The notes beneath the pieces were generated by a model, which did not search any database, had not been told where the DNA came from, and saw only the letters and a program-made list of their open reading frames with translations. The translations under genes and the position numbers were made by a program. Below, in pieces: positions 42,478 to 52,399 of a DNA stretch of 64,000 bases. This DNA is from Clostridiales bacterium (GTDB lineage Bacteria > Bacillota > Clostridia > Lachnospirales > Lachnospiraceae): contig JAAYSQ010000042.1 of assembly GCA_012523925.1 (NCBI GenBank), forward strand, positions 861 through 64,860. Reading direction: 5' to 3'. Each line of letters opens with the position of its first letter. Position 1 is the stretch's first letter.

Positions 42478-42574
42478 GAAACATTAGAAATTTAATAAAA
42501 TAATATTACATGTTAAGAATTGATCATGGCTCTCATTGGGCATACTAATCAAAAATGATTAGGAGTAATGCTAT

Positions 42575-43444
42575 ATGGAAGATAAACAAATGTATACCCC
42601 AGAAGATATAAAAGCGCAGACACAGCCGATCCCGGGAAAGGAAAGTCGGATGGATCCAGAGCCGATTTATGATAATCGGGACTATAAAGGAGCAGACCGG
42701 TTAAAAGGAAAGACAGCAATTATTACTGGTGGTGATAGTGGAATTGGTAGGGCGATTACAGTCGCTTATGCAAAGGAAGGCTGTAATGTTGTCATCGTTT
42801 ATAATACCGCCGATGATGATGCAAATACGACAAAGCAAGCTGCAGAAAATTATCAAGCCAAAGTTTTACTTATCAAAGGAGATATTGGTGATAGCAATTT
42901 CTGCAATCAAATAGTTGAGAAAACCATACAAACATTCGGCTCCTTAGATATCCTTGTTAATAATGCTGCAGAGCAGCATCCCCAGAAAAAATTAGAAGAT
43001 ATTACGGATGAACAGCTGCATAAAACATTCCAGACGAATATCTTTAGCATGTTTTATTTGACTAGAGCAGCACTTCCCCATCTTAAGGAGAATAGTGTTA
43101 TTATAAATACAAGTTCAATTACTGCCTTTAAAGGTAGTGCAGATCTACTAGACTATTCATCTACCAAAGGAGCTATCACCTCCTTTACTAGGTCCTTATC
43201 TGCGAATTTAGCTGACAGGAAGATTAGGGTTAATCAAGTGGCTCCTGGTCCTATCTGGACACCATTAATTGTCTCAACCTTGGATAAAAATGCCGTCGGA
43301 ACATTCGGAAAGGACACGCCTTTAAAACGACCTGGGCAGCCAGTTGAGTTGGCGGAAGCCTATGTGTCTTTAGCCTCAGATGCTTCCACCTATATTACAG
43401 GTCAAACAATTCATATCAATGGTGGTACGATAGTCAATGGTTAG
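42575..43444 (+). CDS. SDR oxidoreductase (YhdF/YdaD/YghA-like)
   Basis: ITGGDSGIG, LVNNAAEQH, DYSSTKG, PGPIWTPL. Confidence 0.92.
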   Translation: MEDKQMYTPEDIKAQTQPIPGKESRMDPEPIYDNRDYKGADRLKGKTAIITGGDSGIGRAITVAYAKEGCNVVIVYNTADDDANTTKQAAENYQAKVLLIKGDIGDSNFCNQIVEKTIQTFGSLDILVNNAAEQHPQKKLEDITDEQLHKTFQTNIFSMFYLTRAALPHLKENSVIINTSSITAFKGSADLLDYSSTKGAITSFTRSLSANLADRKIRVNQVAPGPIWTPLIVSTLDKNAVGTFGKDTPLKRPGQPVELAEAYVSLASDASTYITGQTIHINGGTIVNG

Positions 43445-43497
43445 GTTATGTAACAGAGTATAGATAATTTAATATAATATGGATTGTAAAAAGAAAT

Positions 43498-43761
43498 AGG
43501 GCTGTTGTATTAATGTGCAGAGCCTTTTCTTGTTAGTGATGTTTTTCACATTATAAGTTTAAGAAAATAGCGTATGATTTTTATCCAACGTAGACACGCT
43601 CTCGCTCGGTTGTCGCTCATAGCGGTACGTAAGGCCGGAGCAGATAAATATCTATCGATATCTATCTGCCGGCCAAAGTACCGATGGCGACAAACGATTA
43701 GAGCTATCATCAAAATAGAAGAGCGCTCCTTTGCTTGGATCGGCGCCATAGAGAGCAGCCC
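43498..43761. mobile_element. MITE-like nested hairpin element, copy B (full inner hairpin, shortened right arm)
   Basis: The left ~90 bp matches the reverse complement of copy A's right arm, and 60 bp is shared with copy A. Rod-like fold at 43583-43740. Ends with GCAGCCC. Confidence 0.6.
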
Positions 43762-44089
43762 AGGCTGCTTTTATTGAAACATCGGTAGGTTTATTATTGA
43801 TAAATCCGTTTTTAACTGGTGTAAACTGATGGTAGCCACCAGCGACATGATTAATAATTGCATTTATAAATAATGTTCCGATCTTATATAAGGAATCATT
43901 TTTGACTACTTATAATATCTTTGGTTAAGTTGGAAATATACTACTTTATATGAAATTTGTGAAAAATGTATAAAATATAAGATGATTAGTATTGATTACT
44001 ATTATCATTTACTATTGAAAGATTTAACTCTTTCATTTATTATTATATTGTGATAATATATCTTTGGTAATGTCGAAATAACGGGGAAA

Positions 44090-44154
44090 ATGTTAAAAAA
44101 GTATCAATTATTGTGACATAAATCACAGTTTCTTTCATTATTTCGTAGTATGCT
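44090..44154 (+). promoter_or_regulatory. pflB promoter with Fnr/Crp- or Rex-type box
   Basis: TGTGA-CATAAA-TCACA (44112-44127), -10 TATGCT (44149-44154), and a looser Rex-like ATGTTAA-AAAA-GTATCAA (44090-44107). Confidence 0.65.
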
Positions 44155-44192
44155 AAATACAAATAACACTGAATATTTCGAGGAGGATTGTT

Positions 44193-46418
44193 ATGAGACA
44201 AGAATGGTATGAATTTAAACCAGGAAGCTGGACAACAGATATTAATGTAAGAAGTTTCATACAACATAACTATACACCATATGAAGGGGATGATTCCTTC
44301 CTAGTAGGACCAACTAAAAGAACGACAGAGCTTTGGGATGAAGTATCTGAATTAATGAAGGAAGAGACAAAGAAGGGTATAATTGATGCTGAGACTAAAA
44401 AACCTTCTACGATTACTGCTTTTGGTCCTGGTTACCTTAATAAAGAGAAAGAAGTTATTGTTGGTTTCCAAACAGATAAGCCACTAAAAAGAGGTATTAT
44501 GCCAAACGGTGGTATCCGTGTAGTAAGAAAGGCTTTGGAATCCTATGGATATACTTTAGATAAAACAACGGAAGATATTTATGTAAATAGCCGTAAGACA
44601 CATAATGACGGTGTATTTGACGCTTATACCGAAGCAATGCGTAAGGCAAGACATTCTGGTATTATTACGGGATTACCAGATGCATATGGACGTGGACGTA
44701 TCATTGGAGACTACCGTCGTGTTGCTCTCTATGGTGTAGACCGTTTGATTGAAGATAGACTTGAACAGAAAAAATTATTAGAAAGACCTACCCTTGGATC
44801 ACCAGATATCCGTTTGAGAGAAGAGCTTTCTGAACAAATTAAAGCATTAAAACAGCTAAAGGAGATGGCAGCTTCCTATGGATATGATATCAGTCAGCCT
44901 GCTAAGAACTCCTTTGAGGCAACACAATGGACATATTTTGCATATCTTGGCGCAATAAAAGAGCAAGATGGTGCTGCAATGAGTCTTGGTAGAGTCAGCA
45001 CATTCCTTGATATTTACTATGAGAGAGATCTTAAGAACGGTAAGATTACCGAGGAAGAAATTCAGGAATTAATGGATCAGTTCGTTATGAAATTACGTAT
45101 GGTTCGTTTCCTTCGTACTCCTGAATACAATGACCTATTCTCTGGTGATCCTACTTGGGTAACAGAATCCATCGGTGGTATGGGTGTTGATGGTAGAACT
45201 CTTGTTACAAAGAGTAGCTTCCGTGTTCTACACACATTGTATAACCTTGGACCAGCTCCAGAACCAAACTTAACTGTGCTATGGTCTAATCAGCTTCCAG
45301 AAGGTTTCAAGAAATTCTGTGCTAAGGTATCCGTAGATACAAGCTCAATTCAGTATGAAAATGATGATATCATGAGAGAGGTATGGGGCGATGACTACGG
45401 TATTGCTTGCTGCGTATCCGCAATGAGAATTGGTAAGCAGATGCAATTCTTCGGTGCTCGTGCAAACCTAGCGAAGGCACTTCTCTATGCAATTAATGGT
45501 GGTAAAGACGAGAAATCCGGCGAGCAGGTTGGACCTATGTTTGCACCAGTAACAAGTGAATATTTAGATTATGATGAAGTTATTACGAAGTTCGATCAAG
45601 TTATGGACTGGTTATCAGAGCTATATATCAACACATTAAATGTAATCCATTATATGCATGATAAGTACAACTATGAGAGACTTCAAATGGCTCTACATGA
45701 TGTTGATATCCTTCGTACAGAAGCCTGCGGAATCGCTGGACTTTCTGTTGTTGCAGACTCCTTGTCCGCAATTAAACATGCAAAGGTTAAAGTTATTCGT
45801 AATGAAGAAGGTCTTGCTGTGGATTACGAGATCGAGGGTGACTATCCTGCATTCGGTAATAATGATGAGCGTGTTGATCAGATTGCGATCGAAGTTACAG
45901 AACGCTTTATGAATAAGCTTCGTAAGGTTAAGACCTATCGTAATGCTAAACAGACATTGTCTATCTTAACCATTACTTCTAACGTTGTTTATGGTAAGAA
46001 GACTGGTAGTACACCAGATGGCCGTAAGGCTGGCGATCCATTCGCACCTGGTGCAAATCCAATGCATGGAAGAGATAAGAATGGAGCAATCGCTTCTATG
46101 GCTTCCGTAGCAAAACTTCCATACAAACATGCAGAGGATGGAATTTCTTATACCTTCTCTATTGTTCCTAAAGCATTAGGTAAGAACGAAGAGGAGAGAA
46201 TTATTAACCTAACTGGATTATTAGATGGATATTTCAATAGCAATGGTCATCATATCAATGTCAATGTGTTTGATCGTGAAACTTTACTTGATGCAATGGA
46301 TCATCCAGAAAAATATCCTCAGCTTACAATTCGTGTGTCTGGTTATGCAGTTAACTTTGTTAAACTTAACCGTGAGCAACAATTGGATGTTATCCATAGA
46401 ACTTTCCACGAGAGATAA
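44193..46418 (+). CDS. pflB: Formate C-acetyltransferase (pyruvate formate-lyase)
   Basis: [23 protein letters not shown], glycyl-radical loop TIRVSGY. Confidence 0.98.
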   Translation: MRQEWYEFKPGSWTTDINVRSFIQHNYTPYEGDDSFLVGPTKRTTELWDEVSELMKEETKKGIIDAETKKPSTITAFGPGYLNKEKEVIVGFQTDKPLKRGIMPNGGIRVVRKALESYGYTLDKTTEDIYVNSRKTHNDGVFDAYTEAMRKARHSGIITGLPDAYGRGRIIGDYRRVALYGVDRLIEDRLEQKKLLERPTLGSPDIRLREELSEQIKALKQLKEMAASYGYDISQPAKNSFEATQWTYFAYLGAIKEQDGAAMSLGRVSTFLDIYYERDLKNGKITEEEIQELMDQFVMKLRMVRFLRTPEYNDLFSGDPTWVTESIGGMGVDGRTLVTKSSFRVLHTLYNLGPAPEPNLTVLWSNQLPEGFKKFCAKVSVDTSSIQYENDDIMREVWGDDYGIACCVSAMRIGKQMQFFGARANLAKALLYAINGGKDEKSGEQVGPMFAPVTSEYLDYDEVITKFDQVMDWLSELYINTLNVIHYMHDKYNYERLQMALHDVDILRTEACGIAGLSVVADSLSAIKHAKVKVIRNEEGLAVDYEIEGDYPAFGNNDERVDQIAIEVTERFMNKLRKVKTYRNAKQTLSILTITSNVVYGKKTGSTPDGRKAGDPFAPGANPMHGRDKNGAIASMASVAKLPYKHAEDGISYTFSIVPKALGKNEEERIINLTGLLDGYFNSNGHHINVNVFDRETLLDAMDHPEKYPQLTIRVSGYAVNFVKLNREQQLDVIHRTFHER

Positions 46419-46437
46419 AAGCATAATAGTATGATAC

Positions 46438-46473
46438 AAAATACCAAGGCATTAAAAATGCCTCGGTATTTTT
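46438..46473 (+). terminator. Hairpin between pflB and pflA
   Basis: AAAATACCAAGGC/GCCTCGGTATTTT plus T run. Confidence 0.65.
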
Positions 46474-46557
46474 AATCCTTAGTAATAAAATAAGATTGTA
46501 CTTTTATTCCATTACTTGTAATTTACGAATGTTTAGCCCTGAAAGGCTGGTGATTGG

Positions 46558-47298
46558 ATGAGCAGAATTGGACGTATACACTCCTTAGAGAGCTTCGGAA
46601 CCGTAGATGGACCGGGCATTCGTTTTGTTGTATTTATGCAAGGATGTCCGCTAAGATGTCAGTTTTGCCATAATCCGGATACTTGGGAAGTTGATAAAGG
46701 TGACGAGTATACCCCAGAGCAGTTGGCTACTGAAATTTTAAAATATAAATCCTATATGGATTTCTCCGGCGGTGGCGTTACATTTACCGGTGGTGAGCCT
46801 TTATTACAGGCTGAATTTATTCTTGAGGTATGCAAGATTCTAAAGCAAAAGGGTATCTCCATAGCGATAGATACCTCTGGTTTTGTTTGGAACAGCTGGG
46901 TACAAGAAGTTCTTGAATATACCGATCTTGTTATGTTAGATATTAAGAATTTCGATCCTAATTCCTATAAAATTATTACAGGTGTATCACTTAATCCAAC
47001 CTTAAAATTTTTAGATTATCTCCGGGATAAGGGGATTAATACTTGGGTTAGATATGTATTGATACCCGGACTAACTGATAATCTTGATAATGTGAAAGAA
47101 TTATCAGCGTATCTTGATAATTACCCTAATGTGTCTAAGATTGAACTTCTTGGTTTCCATAAGATGGGCGAATACAAATGGAAAGAACTTGGTTTGGAAT
47201 ATAAACTGACAGATACAAAGGAACCGAGTGCTGAGTCGCTTCAGGAAGTGAAAGAGATCTTAGAGAGCAATGGAAAGATTGTCTCAGTAAATTCCTAA
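46558..47298 (+). CDS. pflA: Pyruvate formate-lyase activating enzyme
   Basis: GTVDGPGIR, CPLRCQFCHNPDTW radical-SAM motif, GGEPLLQ. Confidence 0.97.
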   Translation: MSRIGRIHSLESFGTVDGPGIRFVVFMQGCPLRCQFCHNPDTWEVDKGDEYTPEQLATEILKYKSYMDFSGGGVTFTGGEPLLQAEFILEVCKILKQKGISIAIDTSGFVWNSWVQEVLEYTDLVMLDIKNFDPNSYKIITGVSLNPTLKFLDYLRDKGINTWVRYVLIPGLTDNLDNVKELSAYLDNYPNVSKIELLGFHKMGEYKWKELGLEYKLTDTKEPSAESLQEVKEILESNGKIVSVNS

Positions 47299-47514
47299 TT
47301 AAGAATCCAGTTTAGTTATATCAACAAACCAATATATAGATATGTGGATAAGCATAGATAAAACTGCATAGTCAGTGGATATCTATGCTTATTTTGCATT
47401 TGGATTATGTGTTAAGTATCAATTCCTTTCGTATATCTAAATTTTTCATATAATAAGGTAACCTGCATATTGTATAGAAAAATATAATTCTATAATAGAA
47501 AGGAAGGACACGTC

Positions 47515-48956
47515 ATAAATCAAAGAGTATTCACAGATGTTATTGTTGTAATTTTAGTACTTACTTTAGCACTTCTTGCAATGATCAAGCACAATACAAA
47601 TCCCCAATCACATAGTACCCTTGAACAATCATCCCTTACCTTACCATTATTAACTCCCGAACCAGACCCAATTCTACCTCCTACGCTAGAGCTTATGAAA
47701 GAACATGATTATGTTGCGGAGAGTACTACAGGTTTAAGTGAAAAGCAGTTGCCCTTTGAAGAACTTCGGAAACGTGTAGCGAAATATGGTATGTTACATA
47801 CACCTGGCATGCCATTTGAGGAATATAAGGAAACGATGAATCAGGAATGGATTGATGTTACTGACTATAATGGAGAGCCTGAGAAGATTAAGGTTGATAT
47901 TACCGAGACTATGAATTATGACAGTTATGTTGATACTCTAAAGAAATTATCCAGGTACGATGGGGTATATCTTTATCAGATTGGAAAATCTACGGAGGGC
48001 AGAGATCTATATGCCATAGAGATCGATATGGACGAGGATATGAATAACAAGGTGTACATGTTTACCGTCAGGTCCATGCTAGAGAATTTGCCGGTGGAAC
48101 CTTCCTAGTTAAAATGTTTGTTGATCTTGTACAAAAGGCACAGACGGACAAAGAAATCATGAATATGCTATATCGCAATAAGTTCGTTGCAGTTCCAATA
48201 ATTAATGTAGATGGTAGGGAAGCCTTGATTAACGAGCCGGAGAAGTGGAAGAGTTCCAGTCAGTTATGGAAAGCATATAGCAACGGAACAGATGGGAATC
48301 GAAATTTCCCGACACTATCATGGGGGCAAGTGTCAAAGGGGAATAAATTAAATTATAGTGTGGTAAGTAAACCTGGTTTTATTAATTATGGAGGAGAACA
48401 TGCGGGATCCAATAAGGAAACAAAAGCAATGATGAAATGGATTTATCATTATACTGTTGTAGAACAGGCTGAATGCTTAATTGATATGCATCAGCAAGGT
48501 TCTGAAATCTATGCAGGTAAGGGGTGGGGACTAAAAAGTCAATCCTATCTAAGTGTAGATCTTAGGGATGATATATTAAGTATATTGAATACTGGAAATA
48601 CTGATAGAAAATATAAAGTTGTAAAAGATGAACCTAAATTTGGACTAACCGGAAGAGCTGCAACGATAACGGACTATGCATTTTCTATTTCCGCTGGAGG
48701 TAAATTCTCACCGGCTGCTGGCTTCTGTGTACTAATAGATGGGAAAAAAGAAGTATTACTTATGCAAATTAATGATATGGATAATGCGAAGTTTAAGATA
48801 AAAGCGCCAAACAAAACCTTTAAAACCATAACGATTGAGATTGGAAAAGGAGTAAAATATCTTGGGAATTCTAAGAAAACAAGAGAACTGCTTGCAGAAG
48901 AGTATTGGAAATATAATTTTGGAGCCTTGATGGAGTGTTTGCCGATTATTAATTAG
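47515..48956 (+). pseudogene. M14 zinc carboxypeptidase-family gene, frameshifted
   Basis: Adding one base near 48067 joins the two ORFs as FTGQVHAREFAGGTFLVKMF (HxxE). Also IGKSTEGR, NVDG, DGNRNF, DMH. The frame extends upstream to ATA 47515, after AGGAAGG, and encodes a TM segment. Confidence 0.85.
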
Positions 48957-48997
48957 ATGGACTGTGTACAAGAAAGAAGAAACATATTACATTCGCA

Positions 48998-49080
48998 ACA
49001 CGTTCCCACTTGGATGCAGTACGTAGTGGTACATAATGCTGCAAAGAAGGCAGCCAAAGTACCAACGACTGCATACAGTT
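48998..49080. repeat. Diverged copy C of the hairpin motif
   Basis: Colinear with 43594-43638 and 43669-43697, with compensatory substitutions in four of the five stems. Confidence 0.7.
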
Positions 49081-49173
49081 GCTCAACACGCAATTCTTTG
49101 ATTTTTGTGAGCAGTGTGCTACTATAATATAAACATATCAATTCTAAAAAGAAGATGAAGTAGGAGTATACAT

Positions 49174-49764
49174 ATGAGAATATTATTAATTCGCCATGGG
49201 GAGACGGACTGGAATAAACAAGGGAGATATCAGGGAAGAGAGGATATACCTTTAAATGAGACTGGTTTACAGCAGGCTTTAATCTGTGGACAGGCATTAA
49301 AAGGAGAAGCGTATGCGGCCGTGATTGCAAGCCCACTTGTAAGGGCAAAGAAGACGGCTGAAATTATTGCTGAAACGGTAGGTGTTAATAAGGTCCTAAT
49401 CGAAGAGGACCTGATCGAACGGGATTTTGATAAAATCTCCGGACTGACTCCCCAGGAGAGAAAGGCATTCCTAGATTCAGGACAAGTGTATTATAAGGAA
49501 CCTTGGGATGTGATCCTTGATCGTATGATGAGATGTATCAAGAAATGTACAGAAAAGTTTTATGACGAGGACATTATATTGGTATCCCATGGTGCATCCA
49601 TCCGTGCGGTATTAGATGAATTTACCGATGGAAAGATTACTTCTGAGAAAATCAAGCTAAAAAACACTTGCATTAGTATTCTTGAATATAAAAATGGCAT
49701 TATGAAACTTGGACCATACAATCTGTCTTCTAAAGAATACGGCAATCTGAAAAATGAAGAATAG
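49174..49764 (+). CDS. Histidine phosphatase family protein
   Basis: RHGETDWN, SPLVRA, VSHG. Confidence 0.9.
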   Translation: MRILLIRHGETDWNKQGRYQGREDIPLNETGLQQALICGQALKGEAYAAVIASPLVRAKKTAEIIAETVGVNKVLIEEDLIERDFDKISGLTPQERKAFLDSGQVYYKEPWDVILDRMMRCIKKCTEKFYDEDIILVSHGASIRAVLDEFTDGKITSEKIKLKNTCISILEYKNGIMKLGPYNLSSKEYGNLKNEE

Positions 49765-49867
49765 AAAAAAATATAAATAATTATTATAAATGGAGCTTAT
49801 TTTTAAACATACCTTAATTTAGATATCCATCATTTAAGTATGTAAAAAACAGGCTCTTTTTAATTTA

Positions 49868-49896
49868 TGGAACCAATAATTGGGAAGGTGCGTCTA
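49868..49896 (+). promoter_or_regulatory. ECF-sigma-type promoter upstream of the serpin
   Basis: GGAACC-16-CGTCTA, similar to the AAC/CGT promoters of B. subtilis SigM/W/X/V. Confidence 0.5.
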
Positions 49897-49992
49897 ATCG
49901 GTGAAGGATTCCAACAAAGCTAGGTTTACTTACTGTAGTTCTATATACTGGTATAATATTTACTTGTAACAGAAGTATTGGAGGGTTTATTA

Positions 49993-51315
49993 ATGAGAAG
50001 GAAATGGATTGCTATATTTATAAGTTTTGTTATGGTTGCCAGTACACTCGTTGCTTGTGGTGTGGCTACTCGTGTAGCTGAGCCAATTAATGATGTGAAA
50101 TTATTCAAAGGGGAAGATGAAATTCTTACAGTTGAAGAACTCGATAAAGCTTATATCGATGGACTAAATGGATTCGCTTATGATATATTTGATCAACTTA
50201 CGGGAGATGACAATGTATTCATTTCCCCTTATAGTATATCGCTTGCCTTATCCATGTTATATAATGGTGCCGATGAGGAAACAAGGGTAGAGATGGCACA
50301 AGTGCTAGGATATGATCGGCTTAGAAATTATACAAGTGAATACAATAAAGAAGCTAATGACTACATGAATGCCAATGCAAGATATCTTATAGATGGTTTA
50401 GGCAAGGCGGATTCTAAGGTGACTTTGAATGTTGCTAATTCCATTTGGTTATCAAAGGATGCTGACTTTAGTGAGACTATTGATACGGCATTGCTTTCAC
50501 CAGTTCGTCAATATTATAATGCAGATATCTTCCAAGTGGATTTTCGCGAGGATCAGACCTTAGATGATGTAAATAAGTGGGTATCAAATCATACCGATGG
50601 AATGATTGATCCATTTCTTCAAGAATTCCAGGATAAAAATAATCTGAGGCTTTTTCTAGCCAATGCAATATATTTCAATGGAAAGTGGACCTACCCATTT
50701 CAAAAAGATCAGACTAGAAAGTACCAATTCAATGGAATAAATGGAGTTCAAATGGTGGATATGATGTTTATTCATGAGGAAGAATATCGTTATTTCTCTG
50801 AAAATGGGTTACGTGGTGTGGAGATCCCTTATGGGAATGAACGAATGGTTATGAATGTTATTATTCCAGAAGATACCGCCAATACAACCATAGGGGAAAT
50901 CTATGATACACTTATGACCGAGGATATAACTGGCTTTCTATCAAAACTTGATAAAGCCGCTAAACATGAGTTGGGAACTTTAGCATTACCGAAGTTTGAA
51001 ATGGAATATGGAACCGTTAATTTAAATAATGCATTGCAAGAACTAGGAATGGTGGATGCATTTGACGAAAGTAGTGCAGACTTTGGTTTAATCGGTGACG
51101 ACCTTTTCGTAGGTGCTGTTAGTCATATGGCAAAGATACAAGTAGAAGAGTGGGGGACGAAAGCAGCTGCAGCAACCGGAATTGAAGTTGTGACAACGGC
51201 AATGCCTCTTGATCCACCCATTGATTTTATTGTGGATGTGCCTTTCCTATTTATTATCCGAGATAAGGATACTGGAGCGATATTATTTATTGGAATGATG
51301 AATGATATAGAGTGA
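49993..51315 (+). CDS. Serpin family lipoprotein
   Basis: Lipobox LVAC, NVFISPYSI, NAIYFNGKW, LPKF, hinge EEWGTKAAAAT, DVPFLFII. Confidence 0.93.
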   Translation: MRRKWIAIFISFVMVASTLVACGVATRVAEPINDVKLFKGEDEILTVEELDKAYIDGLNGFAYDIFDQLTGDDNVFISPYSISLALSMLYNGADEETRVEMAQVLGYDRLRNYTSEYNKEANDYMNANARYLIDGLGKADSKVTLNVANSIWLSKDADFSETIDTALLSPVRQYYNADIFQVDFREDQTLDDVNKWVSNHTDGMIDPFLQEFQDKNNLRLFLANAIYFNGKWTYPFQKDQTRKYQFNGINGVQMVDMMFIHEEEYRYFSENGLRGVEIPYGNERMVMNVIIPEDTANTTIGEIYDTLMTEDITGFLSKLDKAAKHELGTLALPKFEMEYGTVNLNNALQELGMVDAFDESSADFGLIGDDLFVGAVSHMAKIQVEEWGTKAAAATGIEVVTTAMPLDPPIDFIVDVPFLFIIRDKDTGAILFIGMMNDIE

Positions 51316-51529
51316 TTTATTAATTAAATAGCAAACTAAATTTATTTGGATTTAATCAGATGAAAGTATATGGGTATGCAAAGCTTATGATCCGTTTTGT
51401 ATACCCATTTTGTGATTCATGACAAGTGAATTGGCAAGTCAGTTCATCTTGTGCAGTAAATGATATTGATTTTTAGCATGAAGTAATATAATATATCACC
51501 ATATATTGGGGTGAATAGGAGAATATTTA

Positions 51530-51777
51530 ATGAATTTATATGTATATCATGTTGTAACTGAAAAACCCATGATAATAGGACAAAAATTTGTATTTGATGA
51601 CAACAACCATAATGGAGTCTATAATAGAGTTATAACATGCAAAAAAATAATTGATAGGGTATTGAAAAGGCAAGGCAGTATTGGAGTTTGGATATTAAAA
51701 ATGACAATCCTGTTATAGAAACATTGGTTGACGGAGAAATTACTGTTGATGAAATTATAGAAAAATTTATTAGCTAG
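51530..51777 (+). pseudogene. Remnant of a hypothetical gene (DUF2441-like) with internal deletion
   Basis: The N-terminus MNLYVYHVVTEKPM..GQ is followed, in another frame, by EKARQYW...IETLVDGEITVDEI* ending at 51777. Family assignment is from memory. Confidence 0.55.
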
Positions 51778-51823
51778 GTAAAAGATACATTACTGAGAAA
51801 ATTTAATATACGAGGAGAATTAT

Positions 51824-52330
51824 ATGGAATTTCGTAAATCTACATTAGCGGATGCCGATGGTATCCTAGAAATTATAAGACAAGCCCAGGCTTATCTCAA
51901 AAGCCAGGAGATAGATCAGTGGCAGAATAACTATCCAGATATGGAGACTATAAAGAAGGATATCCAGGATCAGATTGGTTATGTATTGGTAAAGGATGGA
52001 GTTATTCTTGGAACAGTTGCAGTTTCCTTTGATGGAGAGAAAACATATAATCGGATTTATGAAGGTGATTGGAAGAGTAATGGGCCTTACGCTGTTGTAC
52101 ACAGAATTGCTGTACGTGAGGAGTATAAGGGGCAAGGGGTATCATCAATTATTCTGGATCAAGTAGAGAGAATGTGTATGGAAAGAAGGGTGTATAGCAT
52201 TAAAATAGATACCCATGAGGAGAATCAATCGATGCAGAAGTTCTTGTATAAGTATGGTTTTGAATATTGTGGAGTAATCTATTTGGAAGACCAAAGCAAA
52301 CGAATTGCTTTTGAAAAGATAATTGTTTAG
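51824..52330 (+). CDS. GNAT family N-acetyltransferase
   Basis: IDQWQNNYP, VHRIAV..YKGQG, IDTHEEN, GFEYCG. Confidence 0.88.
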   Translation: MEFRKSTLADADGILEIIRQAQAYLKSQEIDQWQNNYPDMETIKKDIQDQIGYVLVKDGVILGTVAVSFDGEKTYNRIYEGDWKSNGPYAVVHRIAVREEYKGQGVSSIILDQVERMCMERRVYSIKIDTHEENQSMQKFLYKYGFEYCGVIYLEDQSKRIAFEKIIV

Positions 52331-52399
52331 GTGTATCCTGTTCTTTGATAAAATATAGTCAAAGTTCACAGTAAAAATAGAATATAAGCATTAAAAATG

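Noticed and set aside
43546-43777. Two opposite 67-aa ORFs, which could suggest a toxin or mini-transposase
   Set aside because: No RBS or motifs. They coincide with the palindromic element, whose higher GC content removes stop codons.
43757-43846. ZTP (pfl) riboswitch upstream of pflB
   Set aside because: The ACTGG..CCAC-like piece is on + while GCCTGGGC is on -, so order and strand do not fit. It also lies upstream of the likely promoter.
48953-49348. 131-aa Cys-rich minus-strand ORF
   Set aside because: Antisense to the histidine phosphatase and the hairpin motif, with no RBS.
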